Below, in pieces: positions 46,992-57,114 of a stretch of DNA of 64,000 nucleotides. This DNA is from an uncultured Candidatus Saccharibacteria bacterium. Lineage in GTDB: Bacteria; Patescibacteriota; Minisyncoccia; UBA6257; 2-01-FULL-56-20. The notes under the pieces are model-generated. The model was not told where the DNA came from. It saw only the letters and a program-made list of their open reading frames with translations, and did no database searches. The stretch is taken from assembly GCA_964456235.1 (NCBI GenBank), contig CAYWDX010000001.1:201210-265209 (forward strand), read 5' to 3'. The stretch's first letter is position 1; every line of letters starts with the position of its first letter. Position numbers and translations under genes: made by a program.

Positions 46992-48104
46992 ATGAAATTC
47001 GTCGCGATCCAATCAAACATCAAAGAAGCGATCAGTGTGATTGATCGCGCCGCCGGAGAAAATATTAACCTCCCCATTCTTAAGAATGTTTTAATAAAAA
47101 TTGAAAACAACCAGATTTTGTTTACCGCGACGAACCTTGAGGTCGCCGTGACTAGTAAGGTTTCGGGGAAGATCATCGAGGACGGGAAGATCACGGTTCC
47201 GCTGGGCACCCTTTCTAACCTCATCAGCAACATCCAGAGTGACCGCTTGAATTTTGGGAAGAAGGGGAACGCGCTTGAGATAAAAACCGACAATTACAGC
47301 GCCACCCTCCAGGGCCTCCCCGCCGAGGACTTCCCGGTCACGCCCGAGATCAAATCACCAAAAGGAAAAATTGAAATTAAGGGCGCTATTTTGAAAGAGG
47401 CGCTTCGCGAGACCATGGTGGCCTCGCAACTTTCTGAACTGCGTCCGGAATTAAATGCGGTGTTGTTTGATTTCACCATCGACAGCCTCAAGTTTGCCGC
47501 GACCGACGGGTTCCGTCTTGCCGAAAAAATGATTCCGCAAAATCTTTTTACCGCGAGCCACGAAGAACCCTTCCGCATCCTCGTCCCACTGAAGACAACC
47601 CAAGAAGTTCAGCGGATGGCGAAAGACGACGAGGCGATAACCATCCTTCATGACGAAAACCAAATCGTGTTTAAAACCGAACGCGTGGAATTAATTTCTC
47701 GGCTCACCGAGGGCGCATTCCCCGATTACTCGGCGCTCATCCCGAAAGAATTTTCGGCCGAGGTGATGGTTGATCGGGAAGAATTCGCGAATGCGATCCG
47801 GCTTGCGGGAATTTTCGGGCAAAAGAACAGCGAGGTGAAGATCGCCATCAATCCGTCGAAGAAAACGATGGAGGTGAGTTCGGCAGACCAGGCGCTTGGC
47901 GAGAACGCGTATTTACTCCCGGCAAAAATTAAGGGGGCGGCTGCGGAAACCTATTTCAATTGGCGTTATTTGGCAGACCCCATCAAAGTGGCTGGGAGCA
48001 GCGAACTTTTTATTGGGTTTCAAGAAGAAGCGAACCCGGCGCTCATCCGGGCGGTCAATGACAGCTCCTATTTCTATATTTTGAAGCCGATTTTGAAGTC
48101 CTAA
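46992..48104 (+). CDS. dnaN: DNA polymerase III beta sliding clamp
   Basis: 370 aa with three-domain beta-clamp pattern, immediately downstream of dnaA. Confidence 0.9.
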   Translation: MKFVAIQSNIKEAISVIDRAAGENINLPILKNVLIKIENNQILFTATNLEVAVTSKVSGKIIEDGKITVPLGTLSNLISNIQSDRLNFGKKGNALEIKTDNYSATLQGLPAEDFPVTPEIKSPKGKIEIKGAILKEALRETMVASQLSELRPELNAVLFDFTIDSLKFAATDGFRLAEKMIPQNLFTASHEEPFRILVPLKTTQEVQRMAKDDEAITILHDENQIVFKTERVELISRLTEGAFPDYSALIPKEFSAEVMVDREEFANAIRLAGIFGQKNSEVKIAINPSKKTMEVSSADQALGENAYLLPAKIKGAAAETYFNWRYLADPIKVAGSSELFIGFQEEANPALIRAVNDSSYFYILKPILKS

Positions 48105-48112
48105 GCGGGGCC

Positions 48113-50299
48113 CTAAACGCCGCTCGGCGTTCCACTTAAAACTGACGGGTGCTTCGAAACCCAATCTTGCACCGCCGCCTCCCATTTTTCGTATTGCGGA
48201 TCGGCCGCTGGGTTTGCCGGGGGCGGCCCAGTCGGATCGTTTTTATCTACGGAGTAGAGGATTGAATGGACCTGATTGTTTGAAAGATAATCGCCCGCGA
48301 GGATCGGCTTCGCGGGATTGGTTGGATCCGGCGGCGTGAAATTTGCGAACGGCTGTGTTTGCAACGCCTGGCGCATAAAGGCGCTCCACATCGGAACCGC
48401 CGCGAGCAAACTCGAGCCGTTTCGGACCATCGGCGTGTTGTCATTGTTGCCCGCCCACACGCCCACCGCGAGCGTCGGCGTGTATCCCATCGCCCACGTG
48501 TCGCGATAATCATTTGACGTACCGGTTTTGAGCGCCACGTCGTGTCCCGGGAACACCGTGAGATTTAATCCGCTCACAAAAAGGCCGCTGCGCGCTTTCA
48601 CATCCGAGAGGACGTCGTTCACGAGGCGCACCGACTGCGGGTCTGCCACGCGCGTTGATTCGTCCGCATATGATTCAAGCGTTCTCCCCGATGCGTCTTG
48701 CACCTGCAGAATCATCGCTTGACTGTGTTTAACGCCATCCGCCGCAAGCGCGGAGTATGCGCCCACCGAATCAATCAGGTGCACGGCGCCGCCACCGAGA
48801 ACGACCGAAAGCCCGTACGAATTTGGATCGGTGAGTGTGGTGAGGCCAAAATGGTATGCGTTCTCAACTGATTTTTGCAGCCCGGCGAGATAGAGCGCTT
48901 TCACCGCGACCACGTTCACCGACTGTGCGAGCGCATTGCGCATGGACATTGGCCCCTGCGGCGGCTCGAAATCTTGTGGATGGAAGCACAGTTTTGTTGA
49001 CGACGTGTTCGGATCGGGGAGTGTCGGGCAGCTTGGGTAGGTGCTGAACTCTGTCGGTACATCAAAGAAAACCGTGTCGGGCGTGTATCCTTCCTGGAAT
49101 GCGGTGAGGTACACGAAGGGTTTTAGGGACGAGCCCGGCTGGCGCAACCCTTGGATCGGCACGTTAAAACTCGGCTCGAATTTGCAATTGACGCTCGGCG
49201 TGCATCCCACGGGCAGCGATGACGTCGCGAAATAATCGCGCGAGCCGACGAGCGCGAGGATCTGGCCGGTCTGCGGATCCTCCGCGACAAGCGCCGCATT
49301 GTAACCTTTATAAAGCTCCTGGTTGCGTTCCGCGCCGGCCAGGACCGCCGCTTCTGCCTGCTGCTGCATATTCCAATCGAGCGTCGTGACCACCTTGAGG
49401 CCGCCCTGGTTCACCGCCGCGTCGCCATATTTCTGCACGAGATAATCTTCCACCGCCATCACGAAGTGCGGAGCTTTGATCCCCCCCGTCGAACGCGCCT
49501 GGAAAATAACTTTATATGAAAGCGCGTCATTCAACTCCATCTTATTAATTTTTCCAAGATCATACATGCGCTGCAGCACGAGCTTTTCCCGTTTCAAGAG
49601 CTCGCTTTGGTGTGCCCCCCACGGCGAATAATATGTGGGGGCTTGGGGGAGTGCGGCGAGCACGGCACTTTGCGCCAAATTGATTTGCGAAACCGGAACG
49701 CCAAAATATGCCTCGCTCGCTTCTTCCACGCCCAAAATATTCGGCCCGTACGAAACCTCGTTCACATAGAGGCCGAGTATCTGGTCTTTTGAGTAGTACT
49801 GGCCAAGACGAACGGCGAGGATCAACTCTTTTAATTTGCGCGTGATCGTTTGGTTTAACGAAAGAAATGCCGTGCGGGCGAGTTGCTGGGTGATGGTTGA
49901 GCCGCCCTGCGCGAGCGAGCCCGAAGTGATGTCGACGTAGAGCGCGCGAAGGATGCCCTTCCAATCAAATGCCGGCTCGTTGTAGAAATTAGAATCTTCG
50001 ATAGCGACCGTCGCGTTCTTCAACGTTTGCGGAACCTGATCGAGCGGGACCACGGTGCGGCGGCCGCTCTGGCTTGTTTCATAAAGAAGCGTGGCGCCGG
50101 TCCGGTCGTAAATTTTTGTTGATTGCGCGATTTGCTGGCTCCCGATTTCGGCGAACGAGGGGAGGGTCGCTGAAAAATAAAGGATCATCAAAAAAAGCAC
50201 GATACAAACGCCCGCCACCGCGATGCCGGCGATTTGGAAGTTACGGATTCGGTTGCGTTGCATGCCTTTCATTATCAAATAAAAACAGCCCTTTCTCAA
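48113..50299 (-). CDS. Class A penicillin-binding protein (transglycosylase/transpeptidase, PBP1A-type)
   Basis: N-terminal TM, GT51 motifs (EDSNFY...), transpeptidase SxxK (SSLKP), SxN and KTG (KTGTS). Confidence 0.85.
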   Translation of the reverse strand: MRKGCFYLIMKGMQRNRIRNFQIAGIAVAGVCIVLFLMILYFSATLPSFAEIGSQQIAQSTKIYDRTGATLLYETSQSGRRTVVPLDQVPQTLKNATVAIEDSNFYNEPAFDWKGILRALYVDITSGSLAQGGSTITQQLARTAFLSLNQTITRKLKELILAVRLGQYYSKDQILGLYVNEVSYGPNILGVEEASEAYFGVPVSQINLAQSAVLAALPQAPTYYSPWGAHQSELLKREKLVLQRMYDLGKINKMELNDALSYKVIFQARSTGGIKAPHFVMAVEDYLVQKYGDAAVNQGGLKVVTTLDWNMQQQAEAAVLAGAERNQELYKGYNAALVAEDPQTGQILALVGSRDYFATSSLPVGCTPSVNCKFEPSFNVPIQGLRQPGSSLKPFVYLTAFQEGYTPDTVFFDVPTEFSTYPSCPTLPDPNTSSTKLCFHPQDFEPPQGPMSMRNALAQSVNVVAVKALYLAGLQKSVENAYHFGLTTLTDPNSYGLSVVLGGGAVHLIDSVGAYSALAADGVKHSQAMILQVQDASGRTLESYADESTRVADPQSVRLVNDVLSDVKARSGLFVSGLNLTVFPGHDVALKTGTSNDYRDTWAMGYTPTLAVGVWAGNNDNTPMVRNGSSLLAAVPMWSAFMRQALQTQPFANFTPPDPTNPAKPILAGDYLSNNQVHSILYSVDKNDPTGPPPANPAADPQYEKWEAAVQDWVSKHPSVLSGTPSGV

Positions 50300-50327
50300 T
50301 TATTGTGCGAGAAGGGCCGTTTTTTAA

Positions 50328-50495
50328 TTACATTTCCATCTCGCCGTCCGCATCGTCGTCTTCATCATCCGAGCCGTCGCCGCTGTTTGTCCCGTCCGTC
50401 TCATCGTCATCCACATTCATGTCGGCATCGTCACTCCCGGCTTCATCACTCAAGGGGATGAAAGCGAAGTTCAAAATGTTTAACGCGAATTCCAT
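50328..50495 (-). CDS. Small highly acidic hypothetical protein (55 aa)
   Basis: MEFALNILNFAFIPLSDEAGSDDADMNVDDDETDGTNSGDGSDDEDDDADGEMEM, followed by a hairpin plus T-run at 50285..50325. Missed by the >=60-aa ORF track. Confidence 0.35.
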   Translation of the reverse strand: MEFALNILNFAFIPLSDEAGSDDADMNVDDDETDGTNSGDGSDDEDDDADGEMEM

Positions 50496-50612
50496 AAATA
50501 CAAAGTTAGAGCGACCTTTCTATTTTTATTTCCATCAGTATAGGAAAGCGGGCGAACGTGTCAATGGCGCGTAATCCACAGGCCCGCGCGCTTCCATGAA
50601 GGTACCCAGCCG

Positions 50613-51095
50613 CTAATACTGCCCGCACGCCATGATCGCGAGCGCGAGCGCGTCGCTTGCGTCATCAATCACTTCGAGTTCATGTTCATTCAGCATGAAG
50701 CGTACCATCTTAAGGACCGCTTTTTTGTCGGCAAGGCCATAGCCCGTGATGCCGAGCTTCACTTCATTCGGCCCGTATTCCCTGACGGGGATGTCCGCCT
50801 CTTTTATGGCGAGGAGCACGGCGCCGCGCGCTTGCGCGACGGCCATGGCCGTGCGCTGGTTTTTTGCGAAGAAGAGCCGTTCCACGCCCACCACTTCGGG
50901 CTTATATTTTTTTATGAGTTGGGCCGTGCCAGTTCTTGTCGTCATGAGTGCGGCGCCGTCGTCGGTCACCGTTCCTTTTTTTTGGCTTTCGATTGCGAGG
51001 ATACCGGCGTCGATGAGCGTAAGTTTGCCCCGCTCACTTTTTACAACGCCGTAACCGACACGCCGCGTGCCAGGATCAATGCCGAGGGCGATCAT
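50613..51095 (-). CDS. ruvC: Holliday junction resolvase RuvC
   Basis: MIALGIDPGTRRVGYGVV and a conserved acidic catalytic residue pattern. Confidence 0.85.
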   Translation of the reverse strand: MIALGIDPGTRRVGYGVVKSERGKLTLIDAGILAIESQKKGTVTDDGAALMTTRTGTAQLIKKYKPEVVGVERLFFAKNQRTAMAVAQARGAVLLAIKEADIPVREYGPNEVKLGITGYGLADKKAVLKMVRFMLNEHELEVIDDASDALALAIMACGQY

Positions 51096-51628
51096 GACGC
51101 AGTGGTAAAAATATTTTGGACGTCGTCGTTCTCGTCGAGGGCTTCGATCAGCCCCTCAAGCTTGGTTTTGTCTTCGGGCGAAAGTGCTTGTGGAAATTTT
51201 GCCTTCCACTCGTGCGGATTGTCGGCGGCCATCGGCTCGAATGCCCATCGGACGCTCCCCGCCTCGGCCCACTTCCCGCCGTGATCTTTTAATATGATTT
51301 TAATTTCTTGGACGGTGCGATTTTTGCTGTCGCTGATCGCTTCAATAAGAATTGCCGCGCCGCCGGGGCCGTAGGCTTCGAAGGCAAGTTCTTCGAGGTC
51401 TCCCGCATCTGATGCGCGTTTGATCGCGCGCTCTATCGTATCTTGCGGCACACTCGCTTCGCGAGCTTTCGTGACGGCAGTGCGGAGGCGCGGATTGAAA
51501 TCCGGATTCGATTCGGTTTTCGCGGCCGCGGAAATCGCGGTGAGAAGTTTCGAAAAAATCTTCCCGCGCTTTTTATCGGTAATTTCTTTTTTGTGCTTGA
51601 TTCCTGCCCAATGCGAGTGGCCTGACAT
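51092..51628 (-). CDS. YebC/PmpR-family transcriptional regulator (short form)
   Basis: MSGHSHWAGIKHKKEITDKKRGKIFSKL N-terminus typical of YebC. 4-nt overlap with ruvC. Confidence 0.7.
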   Translation of the reverse strand: MSGHSHWAGIKHKKEITDKKRGKIFSKLLTAISAAAKTESNPDFNPRLRTAVTKAREASVPQDTIERAIKRASDAGDLEELAFEAYGPGGAAILIEAISDSKNRTVQEIKIILKDHGGKWAEAGSVRWAFEPMAADNPHEWKAKFPQALSPEDKTKLEGLIEALDENDDVQNIFTTAS

Positions 51629-51660
51629 GTCCCGATTATATTCCCCGTCCCGCGCAAAAA

Positions 51661-51712
51661 AAAGACCCCGCATTACCTTCCCCCTCTGAAAAGGTTTTGC
51701 GGGGTTTGCTGC
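51661..51712 (-). terminator. Rho-independent terminator after the Gly-zipper protein gene
   Basis: CCCCGCA ... TGCGGGG stem followed by TCTTTTTT on the minus strand. Confidence 0.5.
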
Positions 51713-51745
51713 AACCGGCGAATGCCGGTTATGAAACGAAGGAGG

Positions 51746-52564
51746 TCATGGTCGCTTGCCGATCTCGAAGATGCAATCGATCGCGGCTTCGGCGGCGGCC
51801 ATTCGCGGGTCGGCGACGTAGTAGTTCTGCGAGCCGTATCCATTCACGCGCGCGATCGAGACCGCACCGTTCCTGGACTCCTGGACTCTCACGTCCACGT
51901 TCATGGTGGCGGTGCGGGAGGGATCGATGACCCCCGATTTCGCATTCGTCATCTTGACCGAGACCTGATATTGGCCCTGGCTCCCGCCGCCGCTCCCGCT
52001 TCCCGAGAACACGCCTCCGAAGACGCCGCCACCGCCGTACGATGACTGCCCGGTTTGCTGGCGGACCGTCACTTCGAGATGCCAGTCGACGCTTGAGCGC
52101 GTTTGCGGGTTCTCTTCTTGGTAGACGTCCCGATCGATGACCGCGTAGCCCTTGCGGGAAAGCGCGTCGACGATGATCGGTTGCAGTTCGCGGTCATAAT
52201 TCACGAGGAGAACTTTCGGACCCCGAGTGGAATCCGGAGAATCCTCCGCCGCGTTCGCGACCCGCTTGTTGTAGGGGCCGGTGTTTTTCTGCTCAGAGCA
52301 GTCTCGACGGTTGTCGCCGCGCACGTTCATGCGAGGGGAAGCAGGATTCTGCCCGCCGCCCAACGCGCCGATCACCGCGCCCGTGATGCCGCCGATCATC
52401 ATGCCGCGGTTGCCGCCGGCGACTTTGCCGATGCCGGCACCGACGCCGCCGAGGACCGCCGCGCTCGCGACCCGCTGCCCCACCTGCGACGGGCACTGGG
52501 CCTCGCCGACGGCCGAGAGGAGTAGGAACATCGTGACGAGAACAATCAGAAACTTCTTGGCCAT
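51746..52564 (-). CDS. Secreted glycine-zipper (GxxxG repeat) protein
   Basis: Signal peptide, GGVGAGIGKVAGGNRGMMIGGITGAVIGALGGG glycine-zipper region, Gly/Ser-rich linker. GC-richer than the neighbouring genes. Confidence 0.55.
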   Translation of the reverse strand: MAKKFLIVLVTMFLLLSAVGEAQCPSQVGQRVASAAVLGGVGAGIGKVAGGNRGMMIGGITGAVIGALGGGQNPASPRMNVRGDNRRDCSEQKNTGPYNKRVANAAEDSPDSTRGPKVLLVNYDRELQPIIVDALSRKGYAVIDRDVYQEENPQTRSSVDWHLEVTVRQQTGQSSYGGGGVFGGVFSGSGSGGGSQGQYQVSVKMTNAKSGVIDPSRTATMNVDVRVQESRNGAVSIARVNGYGSQNYYVADPRMAAAEAAIDCIFEIGKRP

Positions 52565-52680
52565 GGGAGGCCTCCTTGTTCAGATTTAAAGAGCTGTAAT
52601 GCTTGAATATTATACGACATTAATTGCAGAAATGTCAAGTCCATTCCACCGGCCCTAAAATGGCGCTAAAATAAGGTGAA

Positions 52681-54360
52681 ATGGCTGGTTTACATCCGAT
52701 CGATCTTCAGAGTCGGCTCGAAAAGCTCCGGCAGGAAGGCGAGGAGCGGTCCGCGGAGCGCCTTTCGAAGCAGCTTGGCGTGGCCTACGTTGACTTGACC
52801 AAGATGCCGATTTCGCTTGAAGCGGTGCGCATGATCCCCGAGGCCAAGGCTCGCGATGCCAAGATGGCTTGTGTGGAAATTAAAGGACAGACCCTCGCGC
52901 TCGCGGCGGTGAATCCTGAACTCCCAGCGGTGAAAGCGATCACGGATGAGCTCCACGCGCAAAAATACGAGACGAAACTTTTTATCGCGAGCGCTTCGGG
53001 GCTTGAAGCCGCCTGGCGCCTCTATAAATTTGTAAAAGCCGCGGGCGCGGAGATCACGGGGAAAGTTGAAATCCAAAAGAAGCGTATCGATGAACTGCAC
53101 GATGAGATCACGAGCCTCGACGCGGTAAAAAATGAATTCGCAAAAATAAATTTTGCTGACGCGACGCCCATCGCCATCATGGAGCTCATGCTCGCTGGTG
53201 CTTCCGCGCTCCGCGCATCCGACGTGCACGTGGAAGCCGAAGAGAAAAAAGCAAAAATCCGTTTTCGCATCGACGGGTTGCTCCACGACGTGTTCGATGC
53301 GGTGCCGCTCCACTCATATCTCGCGCTGGTCTCGCGCCTGAAATTACTTTCCGGCATGAAGCTGAACGTACGCGACGAGGCGCAGGACGGCCGTTTCACG
53401 ATGACGCTCGCAGGAAGAGAAATGGAGATGCGCGTTTCCGTAATCCCGGCCGAGTTCGGCGAGACGGTCGTGATGCGCATTCTTGATCCGGCGGCGACGC
53501 TCGTCGGTCTGCCGGACCTCGGCTTGCGTCCGGACAATTTGGAAATGGTGAAGGCGGCGCTCGCGAAACCAAACGGGCTGCTTTTGAATACCGGCCCGAC
53601 CGGTTCGGGGAAGACGACGACGCTCTACGCATTTTTGCGCAGCGTGAACAATCCCGAGTTGAAGATCATTACGCTCGAAGATCCGATTGAGTACCGTCTC
53701 GAAGGGATCGAACAGACTCAAGTTGATGAAGAATCGGGATATACCTTTGCGAACGGGCTCCGCGCCATAGTGCGGCAAGATCCCGACGTTGTTCTCGTCG
53801 GTGAAATCCGCGATTTGGAAACCGCCGACATCGCTTTGCAAGCCGCTCTTACGGGGCATCTCGTTTTTTCGACCCTCCACGCGAATGATGCCATCGGCGC
53901 CGTGCCACGCCTCGTGAGTCTTGGCGTGAAACCGCCGAGCATCGGTCCGGCGCTCGCGCTCGTCATCGCCCAGCGCCTGGTGCGCGTCCTCTGCCCGGAT
54001 TGTAAAAAACAAAAATCGCCCGACGAGGCGGCGCACGCGCGCATTAAAAATTTCTTAAGCAAGCTGCCCTCGCGCGTTGCGAAGGCGCCCTACGAGAACG
54101 TCACGCTCTACACATCCGCGGGCTGTACAAAATGTAATGGGATAGGGTATAAAGGGCGGGTAGGGATCTTTGAATTTTTAGAAGGCGGCGCGGAACTCGA
54201 GAAGGCGATCATGAAGGACGCCTCCGAAGTTTCGCTCCGCGAAGTGGCCGCACAACAGCAGATGGTCACCATGCAGGAAGACGGCATCCTAAAAGTCTTG
54301 GAAGGAAAAACCACCTTCGAAGAGGTGGAGAGCGTGACCGGCCCGATCCGATGGGAGTAG
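52681..54360 (+). CDS. pilB: Type IV pilus assembly / type II secretion ATPase (PilB/GspE family)
   Basis: Walker A LLNTGPTGSGKTTTL, Asp box, His box, and a C-terminal tetracysteine CPDC...CTKC. Confidence 0.85.
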   Translation: MAGLHPIDLQSRLEKLRQEGEERSAERLSKQLGVAYVDLTKMPISLEAVRMIPEAKARDAKMACVEIKGQTLALAAVNPELPAVKAITDELHAQKYETKLFIASASGLEAAWRLYKFVKAAGAEITGKVEIQKKRIDELHDEITSLDAVKNEFAKINFADATPIAIMELMLAGASALRASDVHVEAEEKKAKIRFRIDGLLHDVFDAVPLHSYLALVSRLKLLSGMKLNVRDEAQDGRFTMTLAGREMEMRVSVIPAEFGETVVMRILDPAATLVGLPDLGLRPDNLEMVKAALAKPNGLLLNTGPTGSGKTTTLYAFLRSVNNPELKIITLEDPIEYRLEGIEQTQVDEESGYTFANGLRAIVRQDPDVVLVGEIRDLETADIALQAALTGHLVFSTLHANDAIGAVPRLVSLGVKPPSIGPALALVIAQRLVRVLCPDCKKQKSPDEAAHARIKNFLSKLPSRVAKAPYENVTLYTSAGCTKCNGIGYKGRVGIFEFLEGGAELEKAIMKDASEVSLREVAAQQQMVTMQEDGILKVLEGKTTFEEVESVTGPIRWE

Positions 54361-54592
54361 TAGACTCAAACCTGGGGGCAATTCCTCGTGAAAGGATTTG
54401 TATCTCTTTTACCTAAAGATAAAAGAGGCTAGAATTACTCAAAGGAGAGAAACAGCCGAAACCGTTTCATCCTGAAAATTTTAGAAATAATTCCCGCCCC
54501 CAGATCTGAATCAGCTACAAGGTGGTATGTTAGCATACTATTTGTGACTTGTCAAGGGGCGCCCATGAAGCCCTAATTTTAATGAATTTTTT

Positions 54593-55609
54593 ATGAAAAA
54601 AAACAGCGTGGCGGGGAAGGGAGGAGCCATCAAGGGGGACGACCTTACGATTGATGTAACCCTGCGCCCGACAAGCTGGGACGAATACGTTGGCCAGGAA
54701 AAGATTAAAAACAACTTAAAAATAATTTTGGAGGCGGCGATGAGGCGCAAAGAGCCCGCCGACCACCTTTTGTTTTCCGGACCAGCCGGTCTTGGGAAGA
54801 CGACGCTTGCATACCTCATCGCGCGCGAGATGGGCGGGATGATCAAGACGACTTCCGGGCCGGCGCTCGAAAAAACCGGCGACCTTGCGGCGGTCCTCAC
54901 GAATCTCGCGCCTGGCGAAATCCTTTTTATCGACGAGGCGCATCGCGTGAACCCAATGATTGAAGAAATTCTCTACCCGGCGATGGAGGCGCGGAAGCTG
55001 CATCTTGTGGTGGGGAAGGGCCCGTCCGCGCGCACGCTCTCGCTCGACCTGCCGCCCTTCACGTTGATTGCGGCAACGACGCGGGAGAACCTGCTTTCGC
55101 AGCCGCTCCGCTCGCGGTTCGGCGCTACCCTCCGCCTCGGCTTTTACACGATCGAAGATATTAAAAAGATATTAAACCGCTCGGCGCGGATTTTGGATGT
55201 TAAGGCGACGCCCGAGGCGGTGGAGATCCTCGCGCGCGCGGCGCGGGGGACTCCCCGCATCGCGAACCGCCTGCTCCGCCGCGCGCGCGACTTCGCCGAA
55301 GTGCACGGCCGGGAAATTATTGATGACGCCGCCGCGCGGGAGACGCTTGCGATGCTTGACGTCGATGAAGCGGGTCTCGAACCCCACGACCGGCGCCTCC
55401 TCATGACGATCATCGAAAAATTCAACGGCGGGCCGGTCGGCATCAACACGCTTTCCGCCGCCCTCTCCGAAGAAAAAGGCGTGATTGAAGATATCTACGA
55501 GCCCTATCTCATGACGCTCGGCTTTTTGCAGCGCTCATCCGCCGGCCGCATCGTCCTCCCCGCCGCCTACAAACATTTGAAAATCAAAGGACGCGACGGG
55601 TTGCTGTAA
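54593..55609 (+). CDS. ruvB: Holliday junction branch migration ATPase RuvB
   Basis: Walker A GPAGLGKTTLA, Walker B FIDEAH, C-terminal winged-helix. Confidence 0.9.
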   Translation: MKKNSVAGKGGAIKGDDLTIDVTLRPTSWDEYVGQEKIKNNLKIILEAAMRRKEPADHLLFSGPAGLGKTTLAYLIAREMGGMIKTTSGPALEKTGDLAAVLTNLAPGEILFIDEAHRVNPMIEEILYPAMEARKLHLVVGKGPSARTLSLDLPPFTLIAATTRENLLSQPLRSRFGATLRLGFYTIEDIKKILNRSARILDVKATPEAVEILARAARGTPRIANRLLRRARDFAEVHGREIIDDAAARETLAMLDVDEAGLEPHDRRLLMTIIEKFNGGPVGINTLSAALSEEKGVIEDIYEPYLMTLGFLQRSSAGRIVLPAAYKHLKIKGRDGLL

Positions 55610-55618
55610 TAGAGTTTT

Positions 55619-56095
55619 ATGAAGCCGCGAAAATTTTATAAAACTCTTTCATTACAAGAGACGCAGAAACTTGGAGAAGAGCTTGGTCGTTCCATCGCAA
55701 CTGCTGCAACCATAAACTCTTCCTCCGCAAAAATCTTCGCCCTCGTCGGTAACCTCGGTGCCGGGAAAACAACCTTCGTCCAGGGTTTTTTCAAAGGCGT
55801 GGGATTACAGAAGCGCGCACAAAGCCCCACTTTTATATTGATGCGCCGCCATGCGCTCAAAGGAAAAAATCTTGGGCGGCACTTATACCACGCAGACGTC
55901 TATCGTTTGAAAGGCCCCGAGCAACTCGAGCCGCTCAAATTTAAAGAAATTATTAAAAACCCAAAGAGCGTGATTCTTGTCGAATGGGCCGATCGCATCC
56001 GCAAAGCGCTCCCGAAGCACACGACATGGATCAAATTCGAGCACGGGAAAAAAGAAAACGAACGGCGTATTATTATCGGAGGTGCGTATCATTAG
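55619..56095 (+). CDS. tsaE: tRNA t6A37 biosynthesis protein TsaE
   Basis: P-loop LVGNLGAGKTTFVQG and conserved ...SPTF...Y.L motifs of the YjeE family. Confidence 0.8.
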   Translation: MKPRKFYKTLSLQETQKLGEELGRSIATAATINSSSAKIFALVGNLGAGKTTFVQGFFKGVGLQKRAQSPTFILMRRHALKGKNLGRHLYHADVYRLKGPEQLEPLKFKEIIKNPKSVILVEWADRIRKALPKHTTWIKFEHGKKENERRIIIGGAYH

Positions 56096-56144
56096 CACCA
56101 GCGTTAGCGCCAAGCGGCTTCGTCTCATTAGCACCATCCGCACT

Positions 56145-57062
56145 ATGAAAACCCTCCTCTTATTCGACGCAAACTCCATAATCCACCGGTCGTTCCACGC
56201 CCTCCCGCCCTTCACGGCGCCGGACGGCCAACCGTCGGGAGCGCTCTATGGCCTCGGCAGTATCCTCCTTAAACTATGGCGCGATGAGCGGCCGGATTAC
56301 GTCGCCGCACTTTTTGATCGCCCCGAGCCGACCTTCCGCGACGCGAAATATAAAGAGTACAAAGCGCACCGGGCGCCGACCGCAGACGAACTTATTTCAC
56401 AAATTGTTGAAGCGCACCGCCTCTTTGAAGCCTTCGGCGTAAAAACATTTGAGAAAGCCGGGTACGAAGCCGATGATCTCATCGCCACGTTTGCCGATAC
56501 ATTCCAGAAGGAACGCGACACCCAGGTGGTGATTCTTACGGGCGACCGCGACACGCTGCAGCTCATTCGCGACAAAAAAATCGTCGTACGCACCTTTAAT
56601 AAAGGAGTGAGCGACACGACGATTTACGACGAGGCGGCGGTCAAGGAGAAATATGGCCTCACGCCCGAGCAGCTGATTGAATATAAGGCGCTCGTCGGTG
56701 ATGCATCCGACAACATCAAGGGGGTGCCCGGCATTGGCCCCAAGACGGCGACTGAAGTTCTGCAAAAATATAAAACGGTAGAAAATATTTATAAACATCT
56801 AAAAGACGACGAGAAGCTCGAGAAAAAATTCGGGCCATTCAAAAAAAATGCCGACCTTTCGCGCGAACTCGTCGTGCTCGAGCGGAACGTACCGATCGCG
56901 ATGCCCAAACTCGCCGATCTCGCCTCCGCCGAAGAACCGCCGACGGTAAAAAAATATTTTGAGACGATGGGGTTCGCGACGCTCCTCAAGCGTCTTGATA
57001 ACGCATCGGGCAGCGCGGTCGCAAATGGAAAACCGAAAAGCGTCCAGGGCCGCATGTTCTAA
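56145..57062 (+). CDS. 5'-3' exonuclease (Pol I N-terminal-domain homolog, FEN-like)
   Basis: MKTLLLFDANSIIHRSFHALPP ... GDASDNIKGVPGIGPKTATEVL (H3TH). No polymerase domain. Confidence 0.8.
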   Translation: MKTLLLFDANSIIHRSFHALPPFTAPDGQPSGALYGLGSILLKLWRDERPDYVAALFDRPEPTFRDAKYKEYKAHRAPTADELISQIVEAHRLFEAFGVKTFEKAGYEADDLIATFADTFQKERDTQVVILTGDRDTLQLIRDKKIVVRTFNKGVSDTTIYDEAAVKEKYGLTPEQLIEYKALVGDASDNIKGVPGIGPKTATEVLQKYKTVENIYKHLKDDEKLEKKFGPFKKNADLSRELVVLERNVPIAMPKLADLASAEEPPTVKKYFETMGFATLLKRLDNASGSAVANGKPKSVQGRMF

Positions 57063-57114
57063 GCCGTCTCGCACGCGCCGCACTCGCCCCTAAATGCTAT
57101 GATTGTGAAAAGCC

